Shown: piece by piece, positions 48,244 to 57,992 of the stretch | Layout of the letters: every line of letters begins with the position of its first letter | Numbering within the stretch: position 1 is the first letter of the stretch | Source: Lautropia mirabilis | GTDB lineage: Bacteria; Pseudomonadota; Gammaproteobacteria; Burkholderiales; Burkholderiaceae_B | DNA length: 64,000 nucleotides | Direction of reading: 5' to 3' | NCBI GenBank assembly: GCA_945876565.1 | Contig: CAMCOS010000010.1 | Location: forward strand, 1,244 to 65,243 | The notes under the pieces: model-generated | What the model saw: only the letters and a program-made list of their open reading frames with translations | The model's database searches: none | What the model was told of the DNA's origin: nothing | Program-made: the position numbers and the translations under genes

Positions 48244-49125
48244 TTAATCCTTGACACCATTTAAGGCACGATAAGTCTGAATGACCTGGCTATCATCGGC
48301 CTTGCCATCGCCTCTACCTGACGCAGCGAGATACATCTGATGGGCCGCTGCAGCGATTGGCAAACCAGCGCGTATATCGTGGCCGGTTTGCAGCACGATC
48401 GATAGGTCCTTCACGAATATGTCCACCGCGCTCTTGACCTCTGGATTGTCTTGCAAAATGCGTGGTCCACGGTTCTGAAGCATCCAGCTTGACGCCGCCG
48501 ACCCACTCATGATTTGCAGCAACAACTCAAGGTCCAGACCCGCTTTGTCAGCCAGCGCAAACGCCTCAGCTGCCACTGCGATATGCACACCGCATAGCAA
48601 CTGGTTGATGGTCTTAACCATGGCACCCTGACCGGGTGCCTCACCAACGTGAAATACGCGCTCACCCAGTACCTGAAACAGAGGCGACATGGCCTCATAC
48701 GTGGCGGTCTCGCACGCCACCATCATCGTGAGCGTGCCGTCTTGTGCCCCCACCACGCCGCCAGATACAGGCGCATCCACCAAGCGATGGCCTTTTTCAG
48801 CGACTTGCTGCGCCAGCTTTTGTACTGCTGCCTGTGGACAGGTTGCCATCAGCACCACAGTCGATGCAGGGTCTAAGGCAGCCAGAGCGCCATCTGCAAA
48901 CAACACTTGTTCGGCCTGGACAGCGTTAACGACCATGAGCATCAGAACAGTGGCGCCCGTGGCGGCCTGTTTGGCTGAAGCTGCCGCTGCACCACCTGAG
49001 TTTTCTAGTTCGGTCAATGCAGGGGTGTTCAGATCGAACCCGCGCACCTCATGACCAGCCTTAACCAAGTTCTGTGCCATGGGTAAACCCATGGCGCCTA
49101 GCCCTACAAATGCAATGGTTGTCAC
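48244..49125 (-). CDS. NAD(P)-dependent beta-hydroxyacid dehydrogenase, L-threonate dehydrogenase (LtnD)-like
   Basis: GLGAMG, DAPVSGG, KTINQLLCGVHIAVAAEA, SWMLQNR and SAVDIFVKDL. Confidence 0.85.
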   Translation of the reverse strand: MTTIAFVGLGAMGLPMAQNLVKAGHEVRGFDLNTPALTELENSGGAAAASAKQAATGATVLMLMVVNAVQAEQVLFADGALAALDPASTVVLMATCPQAAVQKLAQQVAEKGHRLVDAPVSGGVVGAQDGTLTMMVACETATYEAMSPLFQVLGERVFHVGEAPGQGAMVKTINQLLCGVHIAVAAEAFALADKAGLDLELLLQIMSGSAASSWMLQNRGPRILQDNPEVKSAVDIFVKDLSIVLQTGHDIRAGLPIAAAAHQMYLAASGRGDGKADDSQVIQTYRALNGVKD

Positions 49126-49202
49126 AACAATTATCCTTTCATCGACAACAAGATTCAGGCATATTCCCCAGCGGCAGGCTTGATGCCATAAAAAACCAAC
49201 GC

Positions 49203-49811
49203 TTAGACAGCCACATCACGCAGCGCTTGCTCCAAAAACATCAAGCGATCCTGACCCCAATACAGCACACCCTTCAGTACGTAGGTTGGCGCACCAAACA
49301 CCCCAAGCTCAATGGCTGTGTCGGTGTAGTGATCGTAAGCCGTTTGAACCGACACCGATTCAGCCTCGGCCAAACAATGGGCTGGCAAGGCACACTCATC
49401 CAACACCTTGGCCAGTGTCTGCGGACTTGCAATGTCGCGCTCTTGCACCCAAACGGCGGCCATGAGCGCACCAGCCACCTTAAAGGCAGCTGGCTCGCCA
49501 AGCGCTTGTTGCACGGCAATGATCAACTTTGATGCCATGGTTGGCACCACCGGGAAATGCTTGGGCTCCAAATTCAGTGGTAGCTTTAAGTGATCCCGAA
49601 ATCGGGCAAGCTCCACCAAACGATAGGCTTTGCGCTGTGCTGGCCGATCCTTCAGCTGCACGCCACCGGAGACCGGAAACACCCGGCCAAGGTCGATCGG
49701 ACGCACCCGAATCTGAGCGCCCGCGGCGCTTGCAATTTCGCCCAAGCGCTGATGGCCCAAATATGTCCAAGGACTTTGTGGGGCAAAGTAATAGTCAATG
49801 GCAAGTGTCAT
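49203..49811 (-). CDS. 2-hydroxychromene-2-carboxylate isomerase / kappa-class GST (DsbA-like)
   Basis: IDYYFAPQSPWTYLG, GVFGAPTY and WGQDRL. Confidence 0.9.
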   Translation of the reverse strand: MTLAIDYYFAPQSPWTYLGHQRLGEIASAAGAQIRVRPIDLGRVFPVSGGVQLKDRPAQRKAYRLVELARFRDHLKLPLNLEPKHFPVVPTMASKLIIAVQQALGEPAAFKVAGALMAAVWVQERDIASPQTLAKVLDECALPAHCLAEAESVSVQTAYDHYTDTAIELGVFGAPTYVLKGVLYWGQDRLMFLEQALRDVAV

Positions 49812-50001
49812 GGCAACCCTTCTGTTTATTCAGTACTGCCCTGACGTTAAACGAAAGTAACGCTCTTGTGTAGCGAGTTATTGCCTAGACAGACAAATTT
49901 GCCAGCTTCTGAACCTTACACCTCAAACTCATCCTTTAGTCTCATTGACCCCAACGTTGGCGCGAACTAGACTAAAAACCACTGATTTGATTAGGGTTGC
50001 C

Positions 50002-50838
50002 ATGAAACATCCACTTGCCTCGTGTCTTCTCGCATTAGCACCAACCCTGTGTCTGGCTCAAGAGATCCCGGATGCCCTGATTGGCGTATGGGCCACCCCC
50101 ACTTGTGCGGCGCCCGCAGACACACTGGTGATTTACAAGAACTTCTACCTGTGGCTCGGAGAAGAAGAAACTGCGCTCACTGGCTTGACTGCTTCAGCGG
50201 CGCAGCCCGACGGCTGGACAAGGCTTCAAGAGTCCGATGGTTATCCCAACTTCTTTCAAATTCAACCAGACGGGCGCCTGCGTGAAGCGTTCTTGCCCGA
50301 GAGCGCAGACAAGGCAGCAGCACCTAGCCAAGACTGGCAAACCGCTGACTACGAATCCTGCGCAAATGCATTGCCGCCGGGCAAAGTGCTTTTACATGGT
50401 GAGCCAGTGGCGCTTTTACGAGTGATCAGCAATGCTCAAGGGCTATGTGAGACGGATCGACAGGCTTGCGCGAACCAGCTTTTTGCTGGCATCGATGTCT
50501 CTGGCGATGGCAATCTAAGCGTGGCGGAAATAGCGCGGTTATTCCGGGTTGCTGGCTACGTGGCTGCCGTCGGCCAAGACACCGCCGCCAACAATGACGA
50601 TCTGGCTGGCCTCTTGGCAGCGGGACTGCCTTTGGGTCCCCTGTTGGCATCAGCAATCGTCAACTCGTTTGACTATAACAACGACAGTGTGGTGTCACTG
50701 GCTGAGTTAAGCCAGGACCGCGGAACATTGATCGAACCGTTTGAACCCAAAACTAGCTCAGCACTAAACTCAAGACTGAATCAAATGAGAGAGGCGTTAA
50801 AGCCACTGGGCCAACTACTGGATCATTTTGGGAAATAG
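50002..50838 (+). CDS. Secreted hypothetical protein with two EF-hand-like loops
   Basis: Signal peptide (MKHPLASCLLALAPTLCLA); loops DVSGDGNLSVAE (50494-50529) and DYNNDSVVSLAE (50671-50706). Confidence 0.75.
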   Translation: MKHPLASCLLALAPTLCLAQEIPDALIGVWATPTCAAPADTLVIYKNFYLWLGEEETALTGLTASAAQPDGWTRLQESDGYPNFFQIQPDGRLREAFLPESADKAAAPSQDWQTADYESCANALPPGKVLLHGEPVALLRVISNAQGLCETDRQACANQLFAGIDVSGDGNLSVAEIARLFRVAGYVAAVGQDTAANNDDLAGLLAAGLPLGPLLASAIVNSFDYNNDSVVSLAELSQDRGTLIEPFEPKTSSALNSRLNQMREALKPLGQLLDHFGK

Positions 50839-50851
50839 GCAGGTAAAGATC

Positions 50852-51163
50852 ATGGCACTGAATTGTCGCGTCGGAGACTTGGCCATCACGGTTAAGTGTG
50901 AAATCCCGGAAAATCTCGGACGAATTGTACGGGTGCTGGCATCTAATGGGATCGAAGACTGGTCCGATTACGGACCCATGCACACGTGGGAGGTTCAAAC
51001 GCTGTCGGAGTCTGACACACTAACTTACATCATCAAAGGCAAGCTCTGCTTTAAAAGCAAGGGACCTGTACCCGACGCGTTTTTAAGGCCCCTGCGTCCG
51101 CCGACCGACGAACCGGCGCTCGAAACAGCAGATCCTGTATCAGCCCAACCAAGCACCGCCTGA
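50852..51163 (+). CDS. Small hypothetical protein resembling a prophage-borne family
   Basis: NCRVGDLAI...ENLGRIVRV...VPDAFLRPLRP matches, from memory, small Burkholderiales phage ORFs; 13 bp after the EF-hand gene. Confidence 0.55.
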   Translation: MALNCRVGDLAITVKCEIPENLGRIVRVLASNGIEDWSDYGPMHTWEVQTLSESDTLTYIIKGKLCFKSKGPVPDAFLRPLRPPTDEPALETADPVSAQPSTA

Positions 51164-51247
51164 AATACCGGCCCAGACGACACGACATCCCCACGCCAGG
51201 CAGGGCTTGGCAGTATCATGCGCTGAGCGTTTCTTGGGGGAGAGAAC

Positions 51248-52726
51248 ATGAAACAGTACCAAGCATACATTGACGGTCAGTGGGTAGATCCAGCCAGCAG
51301 GCAGTGGTTTGAGACCGAAAACCCATTTACTGGACAACCATGGGCGAAGATCCCCCGCTGCAACGCCGAGGACGCACAACGTGCTGTCGCGGCAGCCTGG
51401 CAAGCGTTTGACAAAGGACCGTGGTCTAAGTTTACCGCTAGCCAGCGCGGCGCTATTTTGCGCAAGCTCGGTGATCTGATTGCCGAGAAAGCCGAGTATC
51501 TGGCAGACATCGAGGTTCGCGACAATGGCAAGCTCAAAGCCGAGATGCATGCGCAAACCCAATACATGCCGCAGTGGTTCTATTATTTTGGTGGTCTAGC
51601 CGACAAGATTGAAGGCGCAGTCATCCCGGTCGATAAGCCAGGCATGTTCAATTTCACGCGCCACGAACCCTATGGTGTGGTCACCATCATCACACCCTGG
51701 AATTCGCCGCTGCTGCTGGTGGCCTGGAAACTTGCACCAGCATTGGCTGCCGGCAACACGGTTGTGATCAAGCCCTCTGAATTCACATCGGCTTCGATGC
51801 TGGAGTTCATGGACCTGATTGAGAAAGCTGGATTTCCCAAGGGCGTGGTCAATGTAGTCACCGGTTTTGGTAACGAGGTAGGCAGTGCGCTGGTTGAGCA
51901 CCCCAAGGTTGCCCGAGTAGCTTTCACGGGCGGTGAGATGGGTGGCATCAAAGTGGCTGAAGCAGCGGCACGCGGACTTAAGCCCGTGTCGCTTGAACTT
52001 GGCGGCAAGTCGCCAAACATCATCTTTGAAGATGCCAACATCGACAATGCAGTGAAAGGCGCAGTTTCAGGCATTTTTGCTGCCACTGGCCAAACCTGCC
52101 TGGCAGGCTCGCGCCTGCTGGTGCATGAAAACGTTCACGATCAGGTTGTGGAGAAACTACTGGCCCTAGCCAATACTGCCCAAATGGGTAACCCAATGCA
52201 GGCGACCACCCAAGTGGGCCCCGTGACCACTCGCCCACAATACGAGAAGATCCTCTCCTACATAGAGGTGGCAAAGAGTGAAGGCGCCACCTGTGTGCTC
52301 GGCGGTGCGGCAGCCTTGCGCCCGGAATGCGGTCAAGGCTGGTTTGTCGAGCCGACTATCTTTACCGGTGTTAACAACCAAATGCGCATCGCACAGGAAG
52401 AAGTGTTTGGCCCCGTGCTTTCCATCATCAAGTTCAAAGACGACGAGCAAGCTGTTGAATTAGCCAATGACGTGCTGTATGGATTAGCGGCTGGCATATG
52501 GACCCAAAGCATTAACCGCGCCCTAGACGTGTCCGCACGTATTCGTGCCGGCACCGTCTGGGTCAATGCCTATCGGGTGGTGAGTTACATGTCGCCCTTT
52601 GGTGGCTACAAGCGCTCAGGGCTTGGCCGAGAAAACGGTCAAGCCATGATCTATGAATACCTGCAAACCAAAAGCGTCTGGATCAACACCAACCAAGAAA
52701 TCGCCAATCCATTTGTGATGGGCTAA
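51248..52726 (+). CDS. Aldehyde dehydrogenase
   Basis: ITPWNSP, KPSEFT, FTGG, LELGGKSP, GQTC (catalytic Cys), EEVFGPV and PFGGYKRSG. Confidence 0.96.
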   Translation: MKQYQAYIDGQWVDPASRQWFETENPFTGQPWAKIPRCNAEDAQRAVAAAWQAFDKGPWSKFTASQRGAILRKLGDLIAEKAEYLADIEVRDNGKLKAEMHAQTQYMPQWFYYFGGLADKIEGAVIPVDKPGMFNFTRHEPYGVVTIITPWNSPLLLVAWKLAPALAAGNTVVIKPSEFTSASMLEFMDLIEKAGFPKGVVNVVTGFGNEVGSALVEHPKVARVAFTGGEMGGIKVAEAAARGLKPVSLELGGKSPNIIFEDANIDNAVKGAVSGIFAATGQTCLAGSRLLVHENVHDQVVEKLLALANTAQMGNPMQATTQVGPVTTRPQYEKILSYIEVAKSEGATCVLGGAAALRPECGQGWFVEPTIFTGVNNQMRIAQEEVFGPVLSIIKFKDDEQAVELANDVLYGLAAGIWTQSINRALDVSARIRAGTVWVNAYRVVSYMSPFGGYKRSGLGRENGQAMIYEYLQTKSVWINTNQEIANPFVMG

Positions 52727-52742
52727 TACAGAGGCAGATCCC

Positions 52743-54575
52743 TTGAGAAGCTTTGGCGCTGACAGCGAGAACAGTCAAGGCAAACCGCACCGTGCGGACT
52801 GGCAGGTCATCCGTGACCTGCTGCCCTACCTGCTTGCCTATAAGTGGCGTGTGGCGTTCGCGCTGGCGTGCATGGTACTGGCCAAGTTTGCCAACCTTGG
52901 CGTGCCAATTGTGCTCAAAGACATGGTTGACGCGCTGGACATCAACACCATGGCAGGCGCCTTGTTGGTGGTGCCGGTTGGATTGATCGTAGGCTACGGG
53001 CTGCTGAGGCTGTCGACTTCACTCTTTACTGAACTCAGAGAAGCCTTGTTTGCCCGGGTAACGCAGCATGCAGTGCGCCAGATTGCGCTCAACGTGTTTA
53101 ATCACCTTCACCGGTTATCGCTTAACTTTCACCTCTCGCGTCAAACGGGCGGTGTGAGCCGTGACATTGAGCGCGGCACCCGAGCAGTGCAGACGCTGGT
53201 GTCGTTTTCTCTTTACAGCATCTTTCCAACGTTTTTTGAGTTTGCGCTGGTATTGGGTTACCTGGCCATCTTCTACGACATCTGGTTTTCAGTGATCACC
53301 TTGGTTGCCCTGGTGCTCTACATTATTTTTACGGTCGTGGTGACAGAATGGCGCACCAATTTGCGTCGCACCATGAACCAACTCGATACGCGAGCGAACC
53401 AGAAAGCCATCGACTCGCTACTGAACTTTGAAACCGTCAAGTATTTTGGCAACGAAGACTATGAAACACGCCGCTATGATGAAAGCATGCAGCAATATCA
53501 AAAGGCTGCCATCGTTTCACAACAATCATTGGCCGCACTCAATCTGGGCCAGCAAATCATTATTTCGGTTGGACTGGTTCTGATCGTTTGGCGTGCTGCG
53601 GCAGGCGTGGCCAACGGCAGTTTGACGCTTGGCGACCTGGTGCTGGTCAACACCCTGATGATCCAACTCTACATGCCGTTGAATTTTCTCGGTGTGGTCT
53701 ATCGGGAACTGAAGCAATCCACCGCTGACATTGACCGCATGTTTGACTTACTGAATCAATCGCAAGAGATCACCGATCAACCCGGTGCACCTGCACTGGT
53801 GATTCGAGACCCTGTGCGCGGGCCCACCGTTGTCTTTGATAGGGTAAGTTTCAGTTACGACAAGCAACGACCGGTGCTCAAGGACATCAGCTTCACCATC
53901 GAAGCCGGCACAACCACCGCTGTCGTGGGTCGCAGCGGCGCTGGCAAAAGTACACTGTCGCGGCTGCTGTTTCGCTTTTACGAGGTCGACTCAGGCTGCA
54001 TCAGGTTTGACGGCCAGGACATTCGCCACGTGACCCAAACCAGTCTGCGGCAAGCCATTGGTATCGTGCCCCAAGATACCGTGCTGTTTAATGACACGAT
54101 TCGCTACAACATTCGCTATGGCAAGCCTCACGCCACCGACGAGGAGGTCCATGCCGCGGCTCAAGCCGCTCAACTGGCCAGCTTCATTGATCGCCTGCCG
54201 CAAGGTCATGACACCCCGGTGGGCGAGCGTGGCTTAAAACTGTCTGGCGGCGAAAAACAGCGCCTCGCGATTGCCCGCACCTTGCTGAAAAACCCAGCCT
54301 TGCTGGTGTTTGACGAAGCCACCTCAGCGCTGGACTCGCGCACCGAGCGCGCCTTGCAGGCCGAGTTATGGAAGCTTGCTCGCAATCGTTCAACACTGAT
54401 CATCGCGCATCGACTTTCAACCATCGTGCATGCCGACCAGATTTTGGTCATCGATCATGGCGAATTGGTTGAACAAGGCACGCATGAGTCACTGCTTGCA
54501 CAGCAAGGCACCTATGCCCAAATGTGGCAAATGCAGCAATCTCAGCCCGAAGAGGCGACGCTCGCATCGACCTAA
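52743..54575 (+). CDS. Atm1/ABCB7-like ABC exporter (fused permease-ATPase)
   Basis: LNFHLSRQTGG, DSLLNFETVKYF, PLNFLG, GRSGAGKST, LSGGEKQR and FDEATSALD. Confidence 0.93.
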   Translation: MRSFGADSENSQGKPHRADWQVIRDLLPYLLAYKWRVAFALACMVLAKFANLGVPIVLKDMVDALDINTMAGALLVVPVGLIVGYGLLRLSTSLFTELREALFARVTQHAVRQIALNVFNHLHRLSLNFHLSRQTGGVSRDIERGTRAVQTLVSFSLYSIFPTFFEFALVLGYLAIFYDIWFSVITLVALVLYIIFTVVVTEWRTNLRRTMNQLDTRANQKAIDSLLNFETVKYFGNEDYETRRYDESMQQYQKAAIVSQQSLAALNLGQQIIISVGLVLIVWRAAAGVANGSLTLGDLVLVNTLMIQLYMPLNFLGVVYRELKQSTADIDRMFDLLNQSQEITDQPGAPALVIRDPVRGPTVVFDRVSFSYDKQRPVLKDISFTIEAGTTTAVVGRSGAGKSTLSRLLFRFYEVDSGCIRFDGQDIRHVTQTSLRQAIGIVPQDTVLFNDTIRYNIRYGKPHATDEEVHAAAQAAQLASFIDRLPQGHDTPVGERGLKLSGGEKQRLAIARTLLKNPALLVFDEATSALDSRTERALQAELWKLARNRSTLIIAHRLSTIVHADQILVIDHGELVEQGTHESLLAQQGTYAQMWQMQQSQPEEATLAST

Positions 54576-54614
54576 TACCTCAGTCAGTCCATGGTGGTTT
54601 AGCGGCTAGCCACT

Positions 54615-54767
54615 TTGAAATCAAGCGATGAAATACGGTCGCTGTGCACTGACGGGCGACTCAAACATCATTTCGGTTGGCCTATCGTCCTCGCTTCTAT
54701 CGTCGTGTTCATCATTTTTGCCGTTTCGCCAAGTCCGCCCCATTCATGCCAGACCGACCAACACTGA
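54615..54767 (+). CDS. Possible 50-aa single-TM small protein or gene remnant
   Basis: TTG-start ORF with the hydrophobic stretch WPIVLASIVVFIIFAV; weak RBS; below the ORF-track length cut-off. Confidence 0.25.
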   Translation: MKSSDEIRSLCTDGRLKHHFGWPIVLASIVVFIIFAVSPSPPHSCQTDQH

Positions 54768-54946
54768 CAAAGGGCTTACGTATACTGCATTTGATTCTAG
54801 ACCACCGCGACCCGCGAGCGAAGAAACATGGGCTCGATCTATGCGTTAATGTCGAAGAGTGCGAAATATGAACAAAACAAAACGAGTTACTTGCTACTAT
54901 CAAACGCACTGACTTCAGATCAACCCACACATAGAGGAAAATTCTC

Positions 54947-55729
54947 ATGACACTCAAAGACAAAGTAGCCCTGGTTACTGGCGCAGCGAGCGGTATCGGC
55001 AAAGAATGCGCGATTCAAATGGCCAAAGCAGGTGCCCATATCGTCATCGCTGACATGAATATCGAAGGCGCAAAAGAGACTGCCAAAGAAATCGAGGCAC
55101 TCGGCGTCAAGGCCATAGCTGTCTCCATGGATGTCACTAGCGAAGACCAAGTCAATGCGGGCATCGACGAAGCCGTCAAAACCCTGGGCAGCATCGACGT
55201 GTTGGTCTCCAACGCCGGTATCCAGATCGTGAATCCGATCGAAGAGTATAAGTTTTCTGACTGGAAAAAAATGCTCGCCATCCACCTCGATGGCGCATTT
55301 CTGACCACCCAGGCTGCCATTAAGCACATGTACGCCAGTGGCCGTGGCGGCTCGATCATTTATATGGGCTCAGTACACTCGCACGAGGCCTCCAAGCTGA
55401 AGGCAGCTTATGTCACTGCCAAGCATGGCCTCTTGGGCTTGGCCCGCGTGGTTGCCAAAGAAGGTGCCGAGAAGAACGTTCGTGCCTACGTGGTTTGCCC
55501 AGGTTTCGTACGCACCCCGTTGGTGGACAAGCAAATCCCCGAGCAAGCCAAATCACTGGGCATCAGTGAAGATGAGGTCATCAAAAAGGTCATGCTTGGC
55601 CAAACAGTTGACGGCATCTTCACCACCACCGATGACGTCGCCTCTGTTGTAACCTTCCTAGCTGGGTTCCCATCGGCTGCCATGACCGGCCAGTCATTTA
55701 TCGTCAGCCATGGGTGGTTCATGCAATAA
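54947..55729 (+). CDS. bdhA: 3-hydroxybutyrate dehydrogenase (SDR)
   Basis: [38 protein letters not shown] and VSHGWFM. Confidence 0.93.
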   Translation: MTLKDKVALVTGAASGIGKECAIQMAKAGAHIVIADMNIEGAKETAKEIEALGVKAIAVSMDVTSEDQVNAGIDEAVKTLGSIDVLVSNAGIQIVNPIEEYKFSDWKKMLAIHLDGAFLTTQAAIKHMYASGRGGSIIYMGSVHSHEASKLKAAYVTAKHGLLGLARVVAKEGAEKNVRAYVVCPGFVRTPLVDKQIPEQAKSLGISEDEVIKKVMLGQTVDGIFTTTDDVASVVTFLAGFPSAAMTGQSFIVSHGWFMQ

Positions 55730-55750
55730 GCACGACAAGGAAGGGGCAGC

Positions 55751-56830
55751 ATGGCAACAGTAACGCAGTGCTTCAGTGTGCGGTCTTTGAGGGCCGCCAT
55801 TGAAGAGGTGGTCAAGGGATTTGGCAGTGAACCGACCGAAGTTGCGCTGGTCACTGACAACTTGATTGAAGCCAACCTCACTGGCCATGATTCTCACGGC
55901 ATTGGCATGCTGCCACGCTATGCTCTTTCCCTGAAAGAAGAAGGTGGCCTAAAAGCCAACGCCCACATCAGCATACGAGTCGATCATGGCTCGATGCTTG
56001 GGCTAGACGGCCACGCCGGTTTTGGGCAAGTCATTGGTCATGAGGCCATGCAGCTTGGCATTGAGCGCACCCAGCAACACGGCAGTTGCATCATGTCACT
56101 AGGCAATGTGCACCACCTGTGTCGCATCGGTGCCTGGGCGGAAATGGCGACCGATGCCGGCCTAATTTCAATCCACTTTGTGAATGTCATGTCCAAGCCC
56201 GTGGTAGCACCTTGGGACGGCGCTGATGGTCGATTTGGCACCAACCCGTTCTGCGTCGGCATACCTGTAGAGGGACGCACGCCAGTGATCCTGGATTTTG
56301 CGACCAGCGTGATTGCGCAGGGCAAGACCCGCGTGGCGCACAACAAAGGCGAGCAACTCAAGCCTGGTCTGATGATCGACCATGAAGGCAAACCCACCAC
56401 TGATCCAGCCTATGGCGTCAAGCCCCCTTATGGCGCCATCAAAACATTTGGTGAGCACAAAGGTTTTGGTATGGCACTGGTTTGTGAGTTGCTAGGTGGC
56501 GCTTTGTCAGCTGGCCAGACCTTACACGACAGGCCTATACGTAGCCGAGTGTTTAACGGCATGCTAACGATTCTGATCGATCCGACCAAACTGGCGCAAG
56601 ACAATCTATTCGTACAAGAGTCACTGACGTTTCTTGACTGGGTCAAGCAATCACCACCGATCGAAGGCACGGACGGCGTGAAGATTGCAGGTGAACCCGA
56701 GCAGCACACCAGAGCCGAACGCCTAAAGTCAGGAATAACTGTCGATGAGAACACTTGGCGCGATATTTTACATGCCGCTGACATGCTCGGTGTCGAGCCA
56801 GACCGCATCGATGCCCTGGCCCGGGCGTGA
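55751..56830 (+). CDS. Ldh_2 family (malate/lactate/ureidoglycolate-type) dehydrogenase, YbiC/HcxB-like
   Basis: ANLTGHDSHGIGM, FGQVIG, HHLCRIGAWAE, FGTNPFC, LDFATS and FGEHKG. Confidence 0.9.
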   Translation: MATVTQCFSVRSLRAAIEEVVKGFGSEPTEVALVTDNLIEANLTGHDSHGIGMLPRYALSLKEEGGLKANAHISIRVDHGSMLGLDGHAGFGQVIGHEAMQLGIERTQQHGSCIMSLGNVHHLCRIGAWAEMATDAGLISIHFVNVMSKPVVAPWDGADGRFGTNPFCVGIPVEGRTPVILDFATSVIAQGKTRVAHNKGEQLKPGLMIDHEGKPTTDPAYGVKPPYGAIKTFGEHKGFGMALVCELLGGALSAGQTLHDRPIRSRVFNGMLTILIDPTKLAQDNLFVQESLTFLDWVKQSPPIEGTDGVKIAGEPEQHTRAERLKSGITVDENTWRDILHAADMLGVEPDRIDALARA

Positions 56831-56891
56831 ATACGTATCCCAGCTGACCGTTCAGGCCATGCTTGTGCATGGCCTGAACCACAACAGGGAT

Positions 56892-57872
56892 TTACTGAAT
56901 AGCCTGAATGGCACGAATGTTGTCAGCGCCAAACTCCTTGGCATACTCCGCATAGGCTGGCGTGATGGCTAGACGGAAACTGTCGCCATCGACCTGCTCC
57001 ACTACCTGCATACCATCTTGACGCAAAAGTGCAATACCGTTGGCCTCGTCATCATTGACTTTTTTGCGCTGGGCGGCAGAAGCAGCCTTAGCAGCACTCA
57101 AAAATACCTGTTTATCCGCATCAGACAGTTGATTCCAGACGCTTGGCGACAAAATCAGAACCGCAGGTGAATAGACGTGGTTTGTCAGTGACAGGTGTTT
57201 CTGCACCTGTGAGAACTTGGATGCCAGAATCACTGGAATGGGGTTTTCCTGTCCATCCACGGTGCCTTGCTGCAATGCCGTGAACAACTCGGGGAACGCC
57301 ATTGGCGTGGGCAAAATGCCGAATGTCTTGTAACCATCCATGTGCACCTTGTTCTCCATGGTGCGCATCTTCAGGCCACTGGCATCGCGAGCTTGCACGA
57401 TCGGCCGCACATTATTGGTCATATGGCGGAAACCGTTCTCTGTCCAAGCCAAGCCAACCAACCCCTTTTCCTGCATTTTTTGCAGCAGGTCCTGCCCCAC
57501 ATCCCCATCCATCACCTTGCGAGCGTGGTCGTAATCACGAAACAGGAAAGGAATGTCAACAATCTTGACCTCAGGAACAAAGTTGCCCAGTGGACCAGTC
57601 GAGGTATTCACAATATCTAGCGTGCCCAACTGCACGGACTCAATCATTTCGCGCTCGCCGCCGAGCGCGCTACTTGGAAACTGCTGGCAGGCGTAGCGGC
57701 CTTGCGTGCCCTTTCGAATCTCCTCACAAAACACCGTCGACCCTACGCCGTAATGCGAGGTCGGTGACGTGGCATAACCAATCTTCAAAACATTCTGTGC
57801 CTGCGCAGTCACACCCACCGCTGACAAAGCGGCCAAGAGTGCAGCCAGGCGCATTAATCGAGAAGCTTTCAT
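56892..57872 (-). CDS. TRAP transporter substrate-binding protein DctP (no dctQM nearby)
   Basis: Signal peptide, LGGEREMIE, PFLFRD, ENGFRH, GLKMRTM, LQQGTVDGQENP and LSLTNH. Start at ATG 57872. Confidence 0.93.
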   Translation of the reverse strand: MKASRLMRLAALLAALSAVGVTAQAQNVLKIGYATSPTSHYGVGSTVFCEEIRKGTQGRYACQQFPSSALGGEREMIESVQLGTLDIVNTSTGPLGNFVPEVKIVDIPFLFRDYDHARKVMDGDVGQDLLQKMQEKGLVGLAWTENGFRHMTNNVRPIVQARDASGLKMRTMENKVHMDGYKTFGILPTPMAFPELFTALQQGTVDGQENPIPVILASKFSQVQKHLSLTNHVYSPAVLILSPSVWNQLSDADKQVFLSAAKAASAAQRKKVNDDEANGIALLRQDGMQVVEQVDGDSFRLAITPAYAEYAKEFGADNIRAIQAIQ

Positions 57873-57992
57873 GGTCCCTCCCTGGATATCGGATTCAAGT
57901 CGGCTAACGTTAGCGCAAAAAAGTCCCCCAGGTTCCACAAACCCACAGACAAACACATAGGATTTCCCCTTAGCTACCACCCCCGAGTTTCC

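Noticed and set aside
48244-49125. Complete L-threonate/four-carbon acid sugar pathway
   Set aside because: Only the LtnD-like dehydrogenase is present; no kinase, isomerase or decarboxylase genes are adjacent.
55751-56830. Sulfolactate dehydrogenase as part of the organosulfur cluster
   Set aside because: Same Ldh_2 family, but the sequence follows YbiC/HcxB motifs, is on the opposite strand and is coupled to bdhA; no sulfolactate lyase or related genes are seen.
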